In this document: in pieces, positions 25,201 to 38,369 of the stretch | Numbering within the stretch: position 1 is the first letter of the stretch | Layout: the number at the start of each line of letters is the position of its first letter | From: Tubiluchus corallicola | Taxonomy: Eukaryota > Animalia > Priapulida | Assembly: GCA_030141605.1 (NCBI GenBank) | Contig: JAQGDQ010000115.1 | Span: 124,001 to 188,000, forward strand | Direction of reading: 5' to 3' | DNA length: 64,000 nt | Notes under the pieces: generated by a model | What the model was told of the DNA's origin: nothing | Databases searched by the model: none | What the model saw: only the letters and a program-made list of their open reading frames with translations | Made by a program: the position numbers and the translations under genes

Positions 25201-28200
25201 AATGAGACCACTGGAAGAACTCTGGTCTTATTTTAATAAAATGAATAGAACTCAAGCACTGGGAGTGATCAAGACAGATGACGTCGAGAAATATGGTTAT
25301 GATGAACTTGTGAAAAAGAAAACGGCGGATACTCGAATTTATGGCATTCACGGTAACAAATCTTTTAATAATTTTAGTTAATATCACTAACGTGATGGCT
25401 TCAGATGTTCTCTACGACAAGACAGATGAGTTCTATCGCTTGTATCTCGGAAACGCGTTGCACAAAAAACAAGTGCCGTACCTCTTATTTCACAGGTGTT
25501 CAGTGGTGACGTAGTGCCCATATCGAGAGCTTATGAGTGAACACAGTGTTAAACTTGAAATTTGAATTTTAAACTTACAAACATTTGCCGATTTTTATTT
25601 TATTTTTTTGTATATCACATTGAATGTTGTACAATAGCCCTGTACTTCAATTTTCGCTTTCGTAAACATGTGCAAGACACTCATCGAATGTTGGTGATGT
25701 TGAAAATGTCATCACTACTGTAGTTGGGCTCCTCGGTCGTTAATTAAGTTTTTAAACTATTGTTTCATTATCAGAAACGCTGTGGCAAGATTATAGGTGT
25801 TTGTATGCATAATTTTTACTGTACATACTTCAAACCGTGGAAGGATATGGAAAATCATCCTGTTTTTCTTTAAAAATTCGTCTTGAAATTTTGCAACACT
25901 TACATGCTTGCATGTAGAGCTTGCGTTAGCAGTGACGCTGTATGAAATTAGTAAGTTAAACTTCCGCGATGACCGCCATGCGCAGCCATTCTAACGATAA
26001 ACAATTGAAACTAGTTTAGATAACATTGAGTAAAATTCGAAAACTAATTAGAGTTCAGTCTTCGCTAACTAAGCAAAGTTTAAATTACTTTTAATAACAT
26101 GAATGGCGAGTGGACAGTAGTGCACACTGGAATGGCGAGGAAATGACGTTTTAATTTAAAATCGTGAATTATTCAGTAGATTAATCTGATAAGCTAGCTT
26201 CTCATTATTTTTTTACTCATCCAGCTTGTTCAGCATATTCACATGCTTTCTGGTGTTTCTAGTAGTAGCAATGCACATAAGATGTCAATAACTAAGCATG
26301 TATAAACGACCTCCAAATACGAAATATGCTGAGGTTAATAAATACGTTGCGTAAAATATTCAGACGTTACTGCTCAAAGAATTAGAGGGGAGTTTTACAT
26401 CAAAGTTGTATAATCACGTAAAGGACTACCAGAACTTGATCATGTTGTGATAAACGACAAATTACTGGGCAGGTAAAATCATGGTAGGAAGCCTGACATA
26501 ATAAGTACTAATGTTCACTCTGTACTCCGTATTCCCACTTCAGTTGGTTAGGAAGTTATTGCATATGGTGAAATTGTCAAATGATCAAGAGCCACCAAAA
26601 CTTGAAAACGATGGTGGTACGAAGTCTGTCGTATTGTAATCACTTGTATGCGACGACCGCTGTTGGAAATCCTCCAGGCCAGGTAGCGAGGAGCTAACTG
26701 GGTAAAGATGTGAAAGGAGCAAAGAACTTCGTTGTGATGCAGCAGTACTAACTTCTTATTAATTAATGATTGTGCAAGGGATTAACTTTGTAAGCAATTG
26801 TAGCAAAGTGTTGAAAACTGTGGAATATTGTAGCAATTATACAAACTTAATAACTAGAAAGCAGACTGAGATTATATAATAGTTGAATTTTGGCGGAAAA
26901 CAAAACAACAGTCAATGTTAAATTGTTTGTAACTAATGTGAAAATTTGTGAACACTGATTGTGAAGACATTGATGAAGATGGCGTTGGCGATGAGACTGA
27001 CGAATATGGCGACGGCCAATCGGGACGCACTTGCTGACCTACATCCTATTTTATGGCAAACTTTTGCGTTGGATAGCGTGTTTTACAAAAATGTTTTTAA
27101 GCATATTTAAAATTTGTCAATAACCCTAGGCTATAATTAGATTAGCCATTTATGGAGGGATACAATTACCATTGAATAGGAATAATTACTTATTATGAAG
27201 CATATATTTTAAGGTTTTAACTCTGGTGTTCTTCTAATGGACTTGGTAAAATTGAGAAAAACAAGATTCTCCAATGATATCCTGGCTCTGCTTGAGGAAT
27301 ACATTGACAAACCTACGCCGGGTGCCGATCAATATATTCTAAATCGGTATGGATTTGATCATCCAGGTAAGTGGTGGTCATATTAAAGAAGGTTTTCTGA
27401 ATAGTAACGAGCATCCATAACACGCAGCTGGGAATTAATACAAAGAAACTGTTCATTTCTCTTTTGCAAAAAACTTATAATGATGCTAAATTATATTACG
27501 ACACGCAGAATGCAAATATTTAGCAATATCAGAATCGAATTCAATAAATTATTTATTTTGTCATTTAAAAATTGCCTGTATTTATTTTTGTCGGATACAG
27601 TTAAACGTTCAAAGACAATGATTCGCTATAGATTAGTTTCTCTGATTTGTTCCTTGTTCTTCTAAGAATCATGTTTCAATATTAATACGTTTCGGTATTG
27701 TGACAGACCACCTGGACAGGTGGAAAAGCTTGCTGCATTATATTGCTTAATATTTAGTACACTAGTAAATCATTTAGTAAATTAGGAAAAAACACATAAA
27801 CGGTAGCACAAAATCTAAATCATGACTCGTCACACTACCTGCTTTTACCTGTAAAATGTTCAACTCATTCCGTACCTACTGTTTTAACCAGTGACAAAAT
27901 GGATTAGCTTTTTGCCCACTGTAAAGTTAAGCAATGTCAAGTCGCGTGACTAGATGACTACAGGACCTCGGAAGATCATTTTTGCTACCGGTTCCGCCAC
28001 AATAATTTGCAAAAATCTTTCCATTATGCTTTTACCCAAAAAATGTAGAGCATATTATGGATTTCTCATCGATTAGTTATCGAATAAAGATTGCTTTTAA
28101 AAACAATAGCATATTACTGACCCCTACATAGGGTGCTGCCGTCACATCCATGGCTGTCATATTTTGCCACCAATGGCGACATCCATTGGGGTTTCCGGTA

Positions 28201-29186
28201 CGCCAAAAAAGAAATATTTTCATCACGGAACTTCCTTTTCTTCTGAACCGTGGCATTGTTCAAAAATAGTGTTTTATGTTATAGAATAACAAAAACAAGC
28301 CATTTAGCAAGTAGATTTCTTTACCAATAAAACAACAGTTAATTCTATTAATTGCATAATGCTGCTACAGCAAATACTAATTGTTATTAGTTTTATTTTT
28401 CAGAGAAAATTCTAGCTATACCCTGTGAGTGGAATGTTGATCGACCGAGAATCTTGGGAGATCAAATTTGTGATTCTGCATTACAAAACGGGATGGGAAT
28501 TCTCCACGGAAATGGACGAGTATTCGTGAACAACAGCTTAGCTAATCGGCAATTTCTTCTAGGGCGACGTATTTATAGATCATACAGTGATGTATGCAAC
28601 ATATTAATTAATTTACTAACATTGTCTTATTTTTGTCATTAACTCATTTTGATCTCATTTTTACAATTTGGCATTATACTACAAGAATCTACTTACCATG
28701 ATTAGTTTTTCTACTAAAACTTTTACTGGAAGACATAAATTTACTGCATGACATCAGCAAAATTAAGACTTACGCTGCATTGAACAGTTAAATCATTTTT
28801 GATTGTCAATTGCAAAACACTTAAATGTAGTTCCATTGCTTTATGTTTCTAACAACTGTGGTGAATTTCTATTGGTAAATCGTGTCTAGAGGGATACGGC
28901 AGCATTCCAGGCGTGCCATTTGTCGAAATATTTGAATATGGTACTCGCTTGCTCCTTTATGAATAAAATTTCATATGTTAAACATATACGTTAGCCTACT
29001 GATACTGCCGAATTTTTACTGTAAATAATGCCTTCATATATTTTTCAGATACTGATTTGTGATCCGAATCTATGTATTGTAAATCAACTTCCTGAATTGA
29101 AAGGATACACTAAAAGCATAGGTGTGGACGAAAGTAGGTTAATGCACGCTTTCCTGAAAACTGCTTCCAGGATGAAAGACACCTAA
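22293..29186 (+). CDS. GXYLT: GT8-family glucoside xylosyltransferase-like (GXYLT/shams-like) gene, 7 exons
   Basis: Exons: 22293-22412 (or -22448), 23651-23836, 24846-24968, 25148-25352, 27214-27366, 28404-28591, 29049-29186 (TAA); phases are consistent. Type II anchor MQQKKHGKLLCAAVSLIFLYSA; LHLAI...ALVMLKSAL; KP...LFLP; IYLDVDMIIMRPLEELW (DxD motif); GFNSGVLLMDL; DQYILN; PCEWN; ILHGN. Exon 1 is the least certain part. Confidence 0.87.
22500..23035 (+). mobile_element. Decayed non-LTR retrotransposon 3' fragment (Proto2/RTEX-like) in GXYLT intron 1
   Basis: TLL....PNNLYLVEA...; SRFMLSSHHLRARTGRWDR...IPRDKRICRCDNISVQDESHVIAQC, the CCHC-type C-terminal signature of these LINEs. Confidence 0.65.
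24110..24450. repeat. Degenerate ~29-bp tandem repeat (GTGCATTGTGTTCAGTCATTGTGAT-like)
   Basis: Recurrent CATTGTGTT / CATTGTGAT units. Confidence 0.75.
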
Positions 29187-30244
29187 AAGTCAACAGTACT
29201 TTAGCAAAAGAAACGCATAATTAAGATTTTGATTGTCTTTTTTACGCGTCGCTAATCATCATGCCCAAAAAAATTACGAAGCTTTCCACAATCCTTAATT
29301 ATATTATTATTGTTTAGATGAATTGGCAAAAAAGATTGCACATGCAGAACACATAAAATTTATTCAATTGAGCGTCTAACAAATGCTACGTTGATGCATG
29401 GTAACAATATATCAAACGGAACACCTTAACGAATAAAAATAAAATAATTGACAGATATATGAAGACAAGAAAAACTGAAAAACTTTTATTATTTATTTTT
29501 ATTTGTATATTAAATGGATACCAGATTTACTACGCATCATAATAGTTTACAGTACTTTTCCAAACGAAAAAAGTTTTCTTTGAACGTGCAATTTTTTTTA
29601 TGAAATTATCCAGTCCACACAAATGAGCACTTTAAACTCAAATGACAACGACACCACACACAAACAACTGTAAATCATACTGTTTACAATGGCATACACG
29701 TACAAATTTACCACCAAAGGAAAAGGGTGATCAAATATTTATTGTTTAGCCTATTCTCAATTGGATGAAATTGGCATAGGTTAATTTTAGTCCGAGAAAA
29801 AGGCGTCTGGACTTGTCCCAAAAGCCTTAATTCAAGTTTTTGAAAGCTATGATGACACGTTATGACGTCACTTTAAAGCAGTGAACGAGGCAGGACTGTT
29901 TACGCAATTCTTTGAATCGTCACCTTATGATTTGAATGTGGAGTTTATAGATTATAGTGCAGCTAGCACTGTGTAGGAAAACTTAGTGTCGATTGCTTTT
30001 TTCTCACATTGTTTACCCATAGCTGATTCGTATTTAATTAATGGATTTATATTGATTTCAATATGTACCAAATTTAGGATCAGCTATCTCGGGCTTATAT
30101 CTATAATCATTATGTGATCTTGCGTTTGGTCTGCATAGTTGGAACGTGGAAGTGTGGTCGCTGAGCTGCGCCGTCAGCTCTATGATACAATGCATCATCG
30201 ATTAGAAATCAAAGATTTCTGCTCGGCTTCTTTTTACTGTGGAA

Positions 30245-30788
30245 TTATTTCAGCTTAACACACAAAACTCACAAAAGTTTTTGAAAATAGGAAGATTTCT
30301 TTGCAAACAAAAATTAGAATATTCTCAGCCTTAGTTGAAACTGTATTCCTGTAGAACTCTGAGCTCTGGACATTAAAAGCAAATCATAAAGCTGAAATCG
30401 ATGCGTTTCAAAGGCGAAATTACAGAAACATTTTGGGTATTAGATGGCCAAAGAAAATTTCAAACAAAGATCTATATGAAAAAATAAAAGAAAACCTTGG
30501 ATAAGAAAAATAAAAAGACGCCGTTTAAGATGGATTGGGCATATGCTTAGACTACCTGATGATGTTCCAGTGAAGATAGCTCTTCAACAAGCCATAGAAC
30601 CAGCTAAAAATCCTGCAGGTGGACAAATGTTAACATATTTAGATTTTGCACAGAAGGATTTAAACACTTCAGCATTGATCCTTAGAAATAAATCCACTTG
30701 GGGCATTGCAGCGTGCAGGGAGTCCTGGCATAGAGAGGTGAGCAGAATCATGTCCCTGGACGTATGATTCATTGAAGAAAAGAAGAAT
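30245..30788 (+). mobile_element. 5'-truncated RTE-type LINE copy
   Basis: KIRIFSALVETVFL*NSELWTL...LGIRWPKKISNKDLYEK...RLRWIGHMLRL. Nearly identical to 56490-57015; has a stop and a frameshift; GAA-rich tail. Confidence 0.92.
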
Positions 30789-31549
30789 TCGAATCGAACT
30801 GGTGCTGACATAGTGGTGTTCAGTTTGTTTTGCTGGATTAACTGCTGTGTTTACCTGTCTTATGGACAGATTTTTTTATTTTAGAGTTCTGCCTGCCCAA
30901 TGGAAACCTCAAATCGGGTATTATGATGATGATATTTGTTCGATTGGCTATTGCTTTGCTGCGTATCACCTCGCTGTATTTCGTAACACCAGAGATCGAA
31001 ATATTTTTACTTCTTTTCTTACACTGCATGAGTGATGAACTCAAGGTGGAAGGTTAATTACAGAAAGTAAGTGTTGCACCAGAAACTTTAATTGCAGATG
31101 CACTGAGCATCGTGACTATGATGGATTCCTCTAAATGCGGTATTTAGTCTAAAAAAAGATTAACTGACGGGTGTCAAGTGACTGTTAGTGACATGTTTTA
31201 AAAACAAATTACGCCCACTGTCTTAGTACAAACTTGCCTATACGTGGTAGTATTAATCTCTCTATAAAATTGTATCGTAAATTATCTATATCCCATTTGT
31301 TTCGTTATAGGGAGTGTCTCGAATTTAGATCAGATAAAAAGGCACTGAAATCAAAATAGGAATATAACGTGTCACTAACACACAGACTATATAGCTCGTG
31401 ACTGAAATGCAGTAGCTTTTCATATTATATACAATGCAAAACGTCCGTTACATCTACTTTTTTACGTCCGCCTTCAGACTAGCGAGTTTTCTCGCCAAGT
31501 AACATGCAAGTGTGTTCAGACTAAGTGAATAATGATAAGTAACTAAGTA

Positions 31550-31721
31550 ACATCTAGTGTTTTGTAATCGTTCTAAATAGTCCTTATTTGTACCTTTTTG
31601 TCTAATAGCCAAGCAAAAAGTGATGGAAACTGGGCACCATTAGTCTGAATACTTTTTACTTACTATTAGAGAAAAAGCTACGAATAAGGACTATTTAGAA
31701 AGGTTACAAAGCACTAGATGT
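31550..31721. repeat. ~58-bp-arm inverted repeat
   Basis: 31550-31608 (CATCTAGTG...TTCTAAATAGTCCTTATT...TCTAATAG) pairs with 31663-31721; spacer about 54 nt. Confidence 0.85.
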
Positions 31722-34689
31722 AATGCCATTTAAATTTGTCATAGACTATTATTATTATTATTACACACATGCTTTACACACACGACAAAATTGCGAAAAT
31801 GCTTATTAAAACAATGTTTCAGTGCCAGTATTAGAATTAACAGAAATCGATTGTAGACAATTATACTATTATATTATGTGTAAATATACGGTGAGTACCC
31901 ACAATGGTAATGCTTCTTGCCGCCTCACCCATGCACCGTTTTGTGGTACTGCATCCTGGTACTTGGCTTTCTTACATGGCCTTATGGAATATACTTATTG
32001 AATGAGCCTATACTGGTTGAATTAGTATTGCACTGTAAATGGTAGGATATATATATATATATATATATATAGCCAACTGAATTGCTTCTAGATGTTTTCA
32101 CCAGCTGCATTGCTTCTTATTGGGACAGAATGTGACAGATGAAAATGTTACTGAACTACTAATGTACTATTAATTAGATGATCCTGTCACAATCATGTAC
32201 TTTCAACAGGTTAATTTTGCGCCTTCAAAATGTGGACACTTTGGCAATGCGAAATTGTCAATTGCTTTTACACTTGGGTCTGGTAGTGGCGGAGCTACAA
32301 TGAGACAGCTGAAAAATAGCATTTAAAACATGAAAATGTATTATTATAATATTTAAAATTGTTCACAATTGTGCTGTTGCAATTTTTTACTGCAGTCCTG
32401 AAATCATATTTTTACTACTTCAAATATGCATCATACTCAAGCCTGAGACGCTACTTTCATTCCAGCATTGTTATATTGCTCGATTCAAATAATTATTTTT
32501 TATCTCAATACGTGAAACATTTAAAACTGTGTCTCGATACAATGTATAGTGTTGGCATCGTGATTGTGCCAACAGTAAAAATATTTTTGTTTCCTTCTAA
32601 TTGCATGGGTAATATTTTTTATTGTAAACCTGGCCGGGAATTTTATAATTTTTTTGTACGTTCATATACTTACTTGACGCAGTCATATGAAAGCTTATTT
32701 CTTTAATTTAAACGTAAAAGGCAATAAGTATTGTAACATCGTTCTTTTGGGGAAGCCAGTGTTGCCGTTTTTGTATGATGCATTTAAGACTAAAAAGTAT
32801 CGAATTTTCCACCAAATTTGTGTATTAGCAGCCGAGAATATTTTAAATATTCCACGATTCAGCTTCAAACATTCACTAAGCCTTAAAACAGTTTCTTCCC
32901 TCCTTACTGGCATCTTTTGAGCTCGTGAGGTAAAACAGAAAATTTTGTTTTTGTGGCCAGCCTTGTACTAATTGATTGTTTCTAGTTTCTACATCAAGTG
33001 CAGCATGAGACAAGCTTACTGTATTATGGGAGAGGAGTTGCTCGTGATTGAAGCGCTACTCGCTACTAATCTAAGCTTTCCCAAAATTTGCAAATCAGTT
33101 ATGCAGTTTGAAAATAAATTAAAGTTTCAAAAGTTATTTAGCATTGATTAATATAAATATAAATTTATCACCTAACAACTGCTCTGTACTATTAGTATCC
33201 AACCCACCTTGTGTAATGGGTGCAACAAAACTATGTGTATTGTGTCACTCTCTTGACTACTTGATTACTGTCACTCAAACGTTCACAGGTGAATGAATTT
33301 TGAGCATTCTACATACTGTACAGTATAGTTTGCATAAATGAGCTAGTAGAATTTGATTTCACTATTGCTAAAAAGTTTGATGATAAAAGCTGCATTTGGA
33401 ATTATTTCGTTTTAAAATAAGATCTGGTTACTGGAAAGATTTTTACCAACTCACCATCTGTAGACAGTATCAGACAGAAGTCAGTGCTGCATGCAGTTCA
33501 ACAGTAAATTCATTTCAGCCCGCGAGTTACAAATATTTAAAGATTTGTGCAGAGGCTATAAAGACTCTTAATGCCTAATAAAGTGGATGTGAGCGGAGTA
33601 GCCAGTAGTTTATGACCGTATAACTCCACTTGAAAGTAACAGCCAAGAAGCCATAAAATATACAACACCGTTCATTTCATGCAAGGACATGGACACATCG
33701 TGCCAAAGTTAATGCCTGTGAAGTAAGTAAGGTAGAGTTTAAAGCCATCTTTAGCAACCGAAGGTTACATGCTGTACTCACGTGTGAAGAAACATGCCTT
33801 CCTAGGTGCACAGATTCTTCTCGTGCAAAGAAAAATGGCGATTGTTCAAATTTACAACAAACAATAGAAGAATGCGAAATCAAAGGAAGCAAGTTTTACA
33901 GTAAGTTTATAGTAAAATAAATATATTACTCTTAATAACCATAATACTTTAGGTTATAAAAGCTTATATTATGATAAGGGTTTAGTTGGACTTTAAGTGC
34001 TAGGTCCCGCCTCCTGGCCTGCAGACTGCAAAGTGCTATACTAGATATAAAAATTGAGTTCCTCCAAGAGCATTCCACTATTAGCTTGCTTGCTAGGCAG
34101 AAGCTAATCGCTGCTGTAGTACAAATGGAAGATATCTAGTCATTTATCTTGAGACATTAAGTGCCAGATATTTGGCTTCATGAAAAAATATAAATTTATT
34201 AAATGTTTGAAAATGGTACTTTCAGAACCGTTATACGTACCTAATTGTTGTCAGTGTGCCGTAATGCATTCTTTTTCATTTTTGTTGTCACAATGATTAG
34301 CAATGGTTTAGCCTTGACATAACTAGAACATTTTATTAAATCGAGACAACCGCAAAATCAACAATGACAAGAGTAGCAAGAAAAGAGGAAAACTTAGGAG
34401 AAGAAAAGGATTGTCGTGCTGTCCTGCAAATAATAGCACCGAAACTCATGATCAGCAACATAGGAACGGAAGCAGAAGGCTTCAGCACATTCCGCTGTAA
34501 GAAAAAGCGGCCTAAACAGTCTTACTGCAAATGTTTAGCAAGAGGCTGTAAGAACTTGATTTGTAATAAAGGCACCTTAAGCTTTTAGTTTCCAACAGGT
34601 GATATCAGGTGTACACATTAATACTTAGTCATTTACCTAAGCCGCCTAACTTTTCTATGATACTATGCAGAGAATCTTGGACCTGTCAC

Positions 34690-34790
34690 TACAGTAAACC
34701 CTCGTTATGATGGACATTTTGACTATTTGTGCTTGCCCAATGCACTTATATCAGTTATATCCGTTTTATAATGAAGCCCCGTGTCTGAAC
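34690..34790. mobile_element. pogo/Tigger-like terminal remnant
   Basis: TA|CAGTAAACCCTCGTTATGATGGAC resembles pogo/Tigger TIRs; the other end was not found. Confidence 0.4.
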
Positions 34791-35851
34791 TATGATGTCA
34801 AATCAGCTGGCATATTAGGTGCTGCTTTGTGCACCATGTATTGCAACTAGCTTTAGCACTTGGCTGACCGTCTTCTCGTTCGCTAAACACCTTGTGTTAT
34901 GATCATTAACATTTCTAGTTACCCTGGCTGATAAGAAGGAAGGTGTGTAATCTGTATTAAACTAGACTGAGTTGCTAACAGTTTCAAATCAGACTTGCAG
35001 CGGCTTTAGCTTTCTTCACTTTTCTCACATGTCTATAGCAAGCCTAAAGCCAAGTCTTGCTACGGGAGTTGGTAAGGATGAATTCATAATTTCCAAAAAG
35101 CAGAATATTGTTTGCTTATAATCCATTGGCATGTTGCTGTGTGTTACTTCACGTTTGCTGTCGCAAGGTTCTTTTTATGCTTTGAAATTTATTCAACAAA
35201 AATATTGCAATATTTTTTGAGCTGTGTTGGCCCAGTACTAAGATATTCTACTGTGTGTGAATCTTTCTTTTGTTATGTTTGATCTCTAAAACATTTCGCA
35301 TAATTCTTCAAAAATTATCTTTTTGCGACATGTTTTCGCCGAATTACCGAAAACTTTTGGCAATAAATTTTAAAATCTGACAGTTTCAGCTCTGTTATAT
35401 TTTGGTTTGCAGTATAAAGTGCTTATAACCTTTTCACGATAAGGTTGTTTCGTTTGTCACAGAAGAAACTGTTAAATCAACTTCCTGCACCAACAAGACC
35501 ATCAGTAGCATTCCATAGATGAGTCGTGAGGAAATTGTCGCCATTGCGCTTAAGCAAAAGCAACAGATGGAGGACGATAGGAGGGCAAAACAAAAAGACT
35601 TTTTTGGTAATCGTCCGTTAGCTACTTTTAGAGCTCGCAATCGATGCTTTCCTTTAAGAGTAGCTAACAGACGATTACGAAAAAAGTTACGTACGCTTGA
35701 GAATGAAATGAGGGGTGCAGGTAAGCAATGCGTCTGTTCTAAGAAAATGAAAGCTGAAACAATGTTTGTGTTTTTATTCATCAGTTGCTTGCGGTTTCAT
35801 CGTATACAAAACTTGCTTGTTAAGTTTTCATTTTGAAAGAAATTCACTTGT

Positions 35852-36003
35852 GTGTAAGTTGAGTGAGTGTGAGTTGAGTGAGTGTGCGTAATTGCACATG
35901 AGTGTGAGTTGAGTGAGTGTGCGTAATTGCACATGAGTGTGAGTTGAGTGTATGTGTGTGATTGCACATGAGTGATAGTTGAGTGAGTGTGTGTGATTGC
36001 ACG
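35852..36003. repeat. ~34-bp minisatellite (GAGTGTGAGTTGAGTGAGTGTGCGTAATTGCACAT-like)
   Basis: About four tandem copies visible. Confidence 0.9.
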
Positions 36004-38369
36004 AGAGCTTTACAGATAGTGTTGATTTTCCTTATAAAGAAATCCAGTCTTATCTTTGATACTGATGCTGCTAGTGTCTTTACTGCTGTTACTTCTAGTT
36101 GAAGGAATGACCAGCTGAAGTTATGTGAATGGTGAAAATGACCACAAGATACTGTCGTTGAAATGAATACACCAGTTAGCTGATACTATTTCTAAATGAA
36201 AAATAGCCAGTTGACCCCCCATGCTACTGCTAAATAAAAAATATTTGCCAGATGCTGTTTCTAAACAAAAAAATACTTGGCTGATTGTATTCCCAAATAA
36301 AAGAAACTGGTTCTGTTTCCAAATGAATGATTATTCAAACTGAATTTGTTCTTTGATGGCAAAACAAATGCTGATGCTAACTTTATTTTAGAAAATTGTT
36401 AACTGATTCTTTTCAGGGAGAAAAACATCATGACAACTTATATGTTTTAAGTGCATGAACAATTAACTGGTGCTATTTGGAGGTAAAAACAGCTGAATCA
36501 GTTAATCTGCTTGTAAATGAAATTGTGATGCGCAAGTACTTAAAACCATTTCTTAATGAACTTTCTGTTGAAATCTCAAGCACTTAACTAGTTAAAGCCA
36601 TTTCTGCCAGTCCCGACATGCTATTTGAAGGTATTGGTATGCACAGCAGACCTTCATGTCCTGCTTGTTTAGTACTACATTAACTTTAATATCTTTTTTC
36701 CAAACTGTTTTTTTTTCAAAGTTGGGCATGTTTATTTTTCAATTAAACTTTCACAATTGAGTTATTACATAAGTGTTCAGTGAAAGTCAAATATGCGCAG
36801 AACGCTGAAACAAATGTGTGTAGAAGTAGTCTCATTGCATCAGTACAATTGTGTATTTACTTCCTAAATTTCAATCCCTACATGGATTTTGTCATTATGT
36901 GCTGTAATTTTGTGTATAATTATAGATAAAGTTCAGTAATTATATTTAATAGTTTTTGCAAAAGAAGAATCCATTTGAAATACACAAACCCCTTCTCATT
37001 AAAAAGTACTTTCTCGTTTGTAACATTTACTCCAAGATATACAAAGTAAAGCATTTTGTCATTTGTATCAAGTAAAGTAAATTACATTGTGAATACTCTA
37101 AAACCAGGTGAACCACTTTGTCACTGTTCTTTAACTTCGTAATTATTTGATTTGTGTAATTTGACTAAATGAGGCAGCCCAGAAAGTAGCTCTCTGGGTA
37201 AAACCTGTTAGGATGTGTAGAAGGCATGTAATAGGTTTTTCTCCACTTTAACTGTGCACAGACTGAGATTATGATTTGGCGAGTTAAATTGTTAGGCGAG
37301 TAAAGATAGCTCATAGTAGAGGGGTGCCTTGAACAAATTGCAATAGAACTTTTCTCTTCAGATATTTTCTAACTCTATTGTTGTTAAAACTAGGCAAATC
37401 AACACGAACCGCGAAGCCAGTTGACCATCACTGAAGAAGCTGCTTGAATATGAACTAGGTCGTTGTATGGTCAAGTATCAAGAAGTATATATTGTTTGGA
37501 TTAACCTTGTAGAGAGCAAAGTTTTGCAGGAATGCAAATTGTGAGACTGATTCAGTGGAGTTGCAGTTTGAGTACTTGTCTTAGATTCATTATCAGTTAA
37601 CTTTATTACATTATCTGTTATTTGTTAAGCGTCGATTTATTTTCTGCAAATTGCTTTAATTTTTTGACAAAATATTGTGTGTTTATTACTTTATCAGGAC
37701 CATCACGTGGCGTTTTTATTTATAATTTATATTAACTTGTTAGTGTGTTAAAAGTTTTTGCTTATCATAATTGTGTCTGATAATTTGTGTCGAAAGAACT
37801 AATTTGAAAGAAACTAGGTAAATTGAAGAGTGAGCTCTTCAAGAGTGAGTGAGAGATCATTAATGCATTTTTGTTTTTGTTTCTCAAATTTCAAATTTAC
37901 CATTGATCTGGGCAGCACCAACACAAGATTTCTTCCTGGTGCTGTCCAGAGGCATACCAGTAGCCTCAATAAAATTTATAGATTAATGTTTTAAACTTGT
38001 ATGCTCATGATAAATCTAGCAATAAATTCTTAATTCTACATTCTAAAAATTCTAAGACTCCATGAAGGTCGCTAATTGCGTAAGTCCGCAACAACAGTCA
38101 ACAAAATGATGAAAATGCTTAATAATTCAAGCACACAACTGAGCATTGGACAAACTTGTCGTACTTTGTTTAAAAAAGCTTATGCAGATTTACGAAACGC
38201 CTGACACAAAAGAATCAATCTATTTTTATCACATTTAATTTTTAATGACTGTTTATAAAGTAGAATGTATAGTGACACTACCTACTGTAACAAGTTTCAC
38301 GAATCAATAGCTACTGTTCTTGTAACATTTATTATTTATCATGTTTCTCACTTTCTTTAGCAGTGTAAG

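Noticed and set aside
34364-34588. Cys/Lys-rich ORF as a piggyBac or zinc-finger remnant
   Set aside because: Cys spacing is unconvincing and no TTAA-flanked TIRs were found.
35852-36003. Regular ~34-bp repeats (also 16646, 24110, 60981) as CRISPR-like arrays
   Set aside because: No unique spacers, no cas genes and a eukaryotic context; these are minisatellites or MITE subrepeats.
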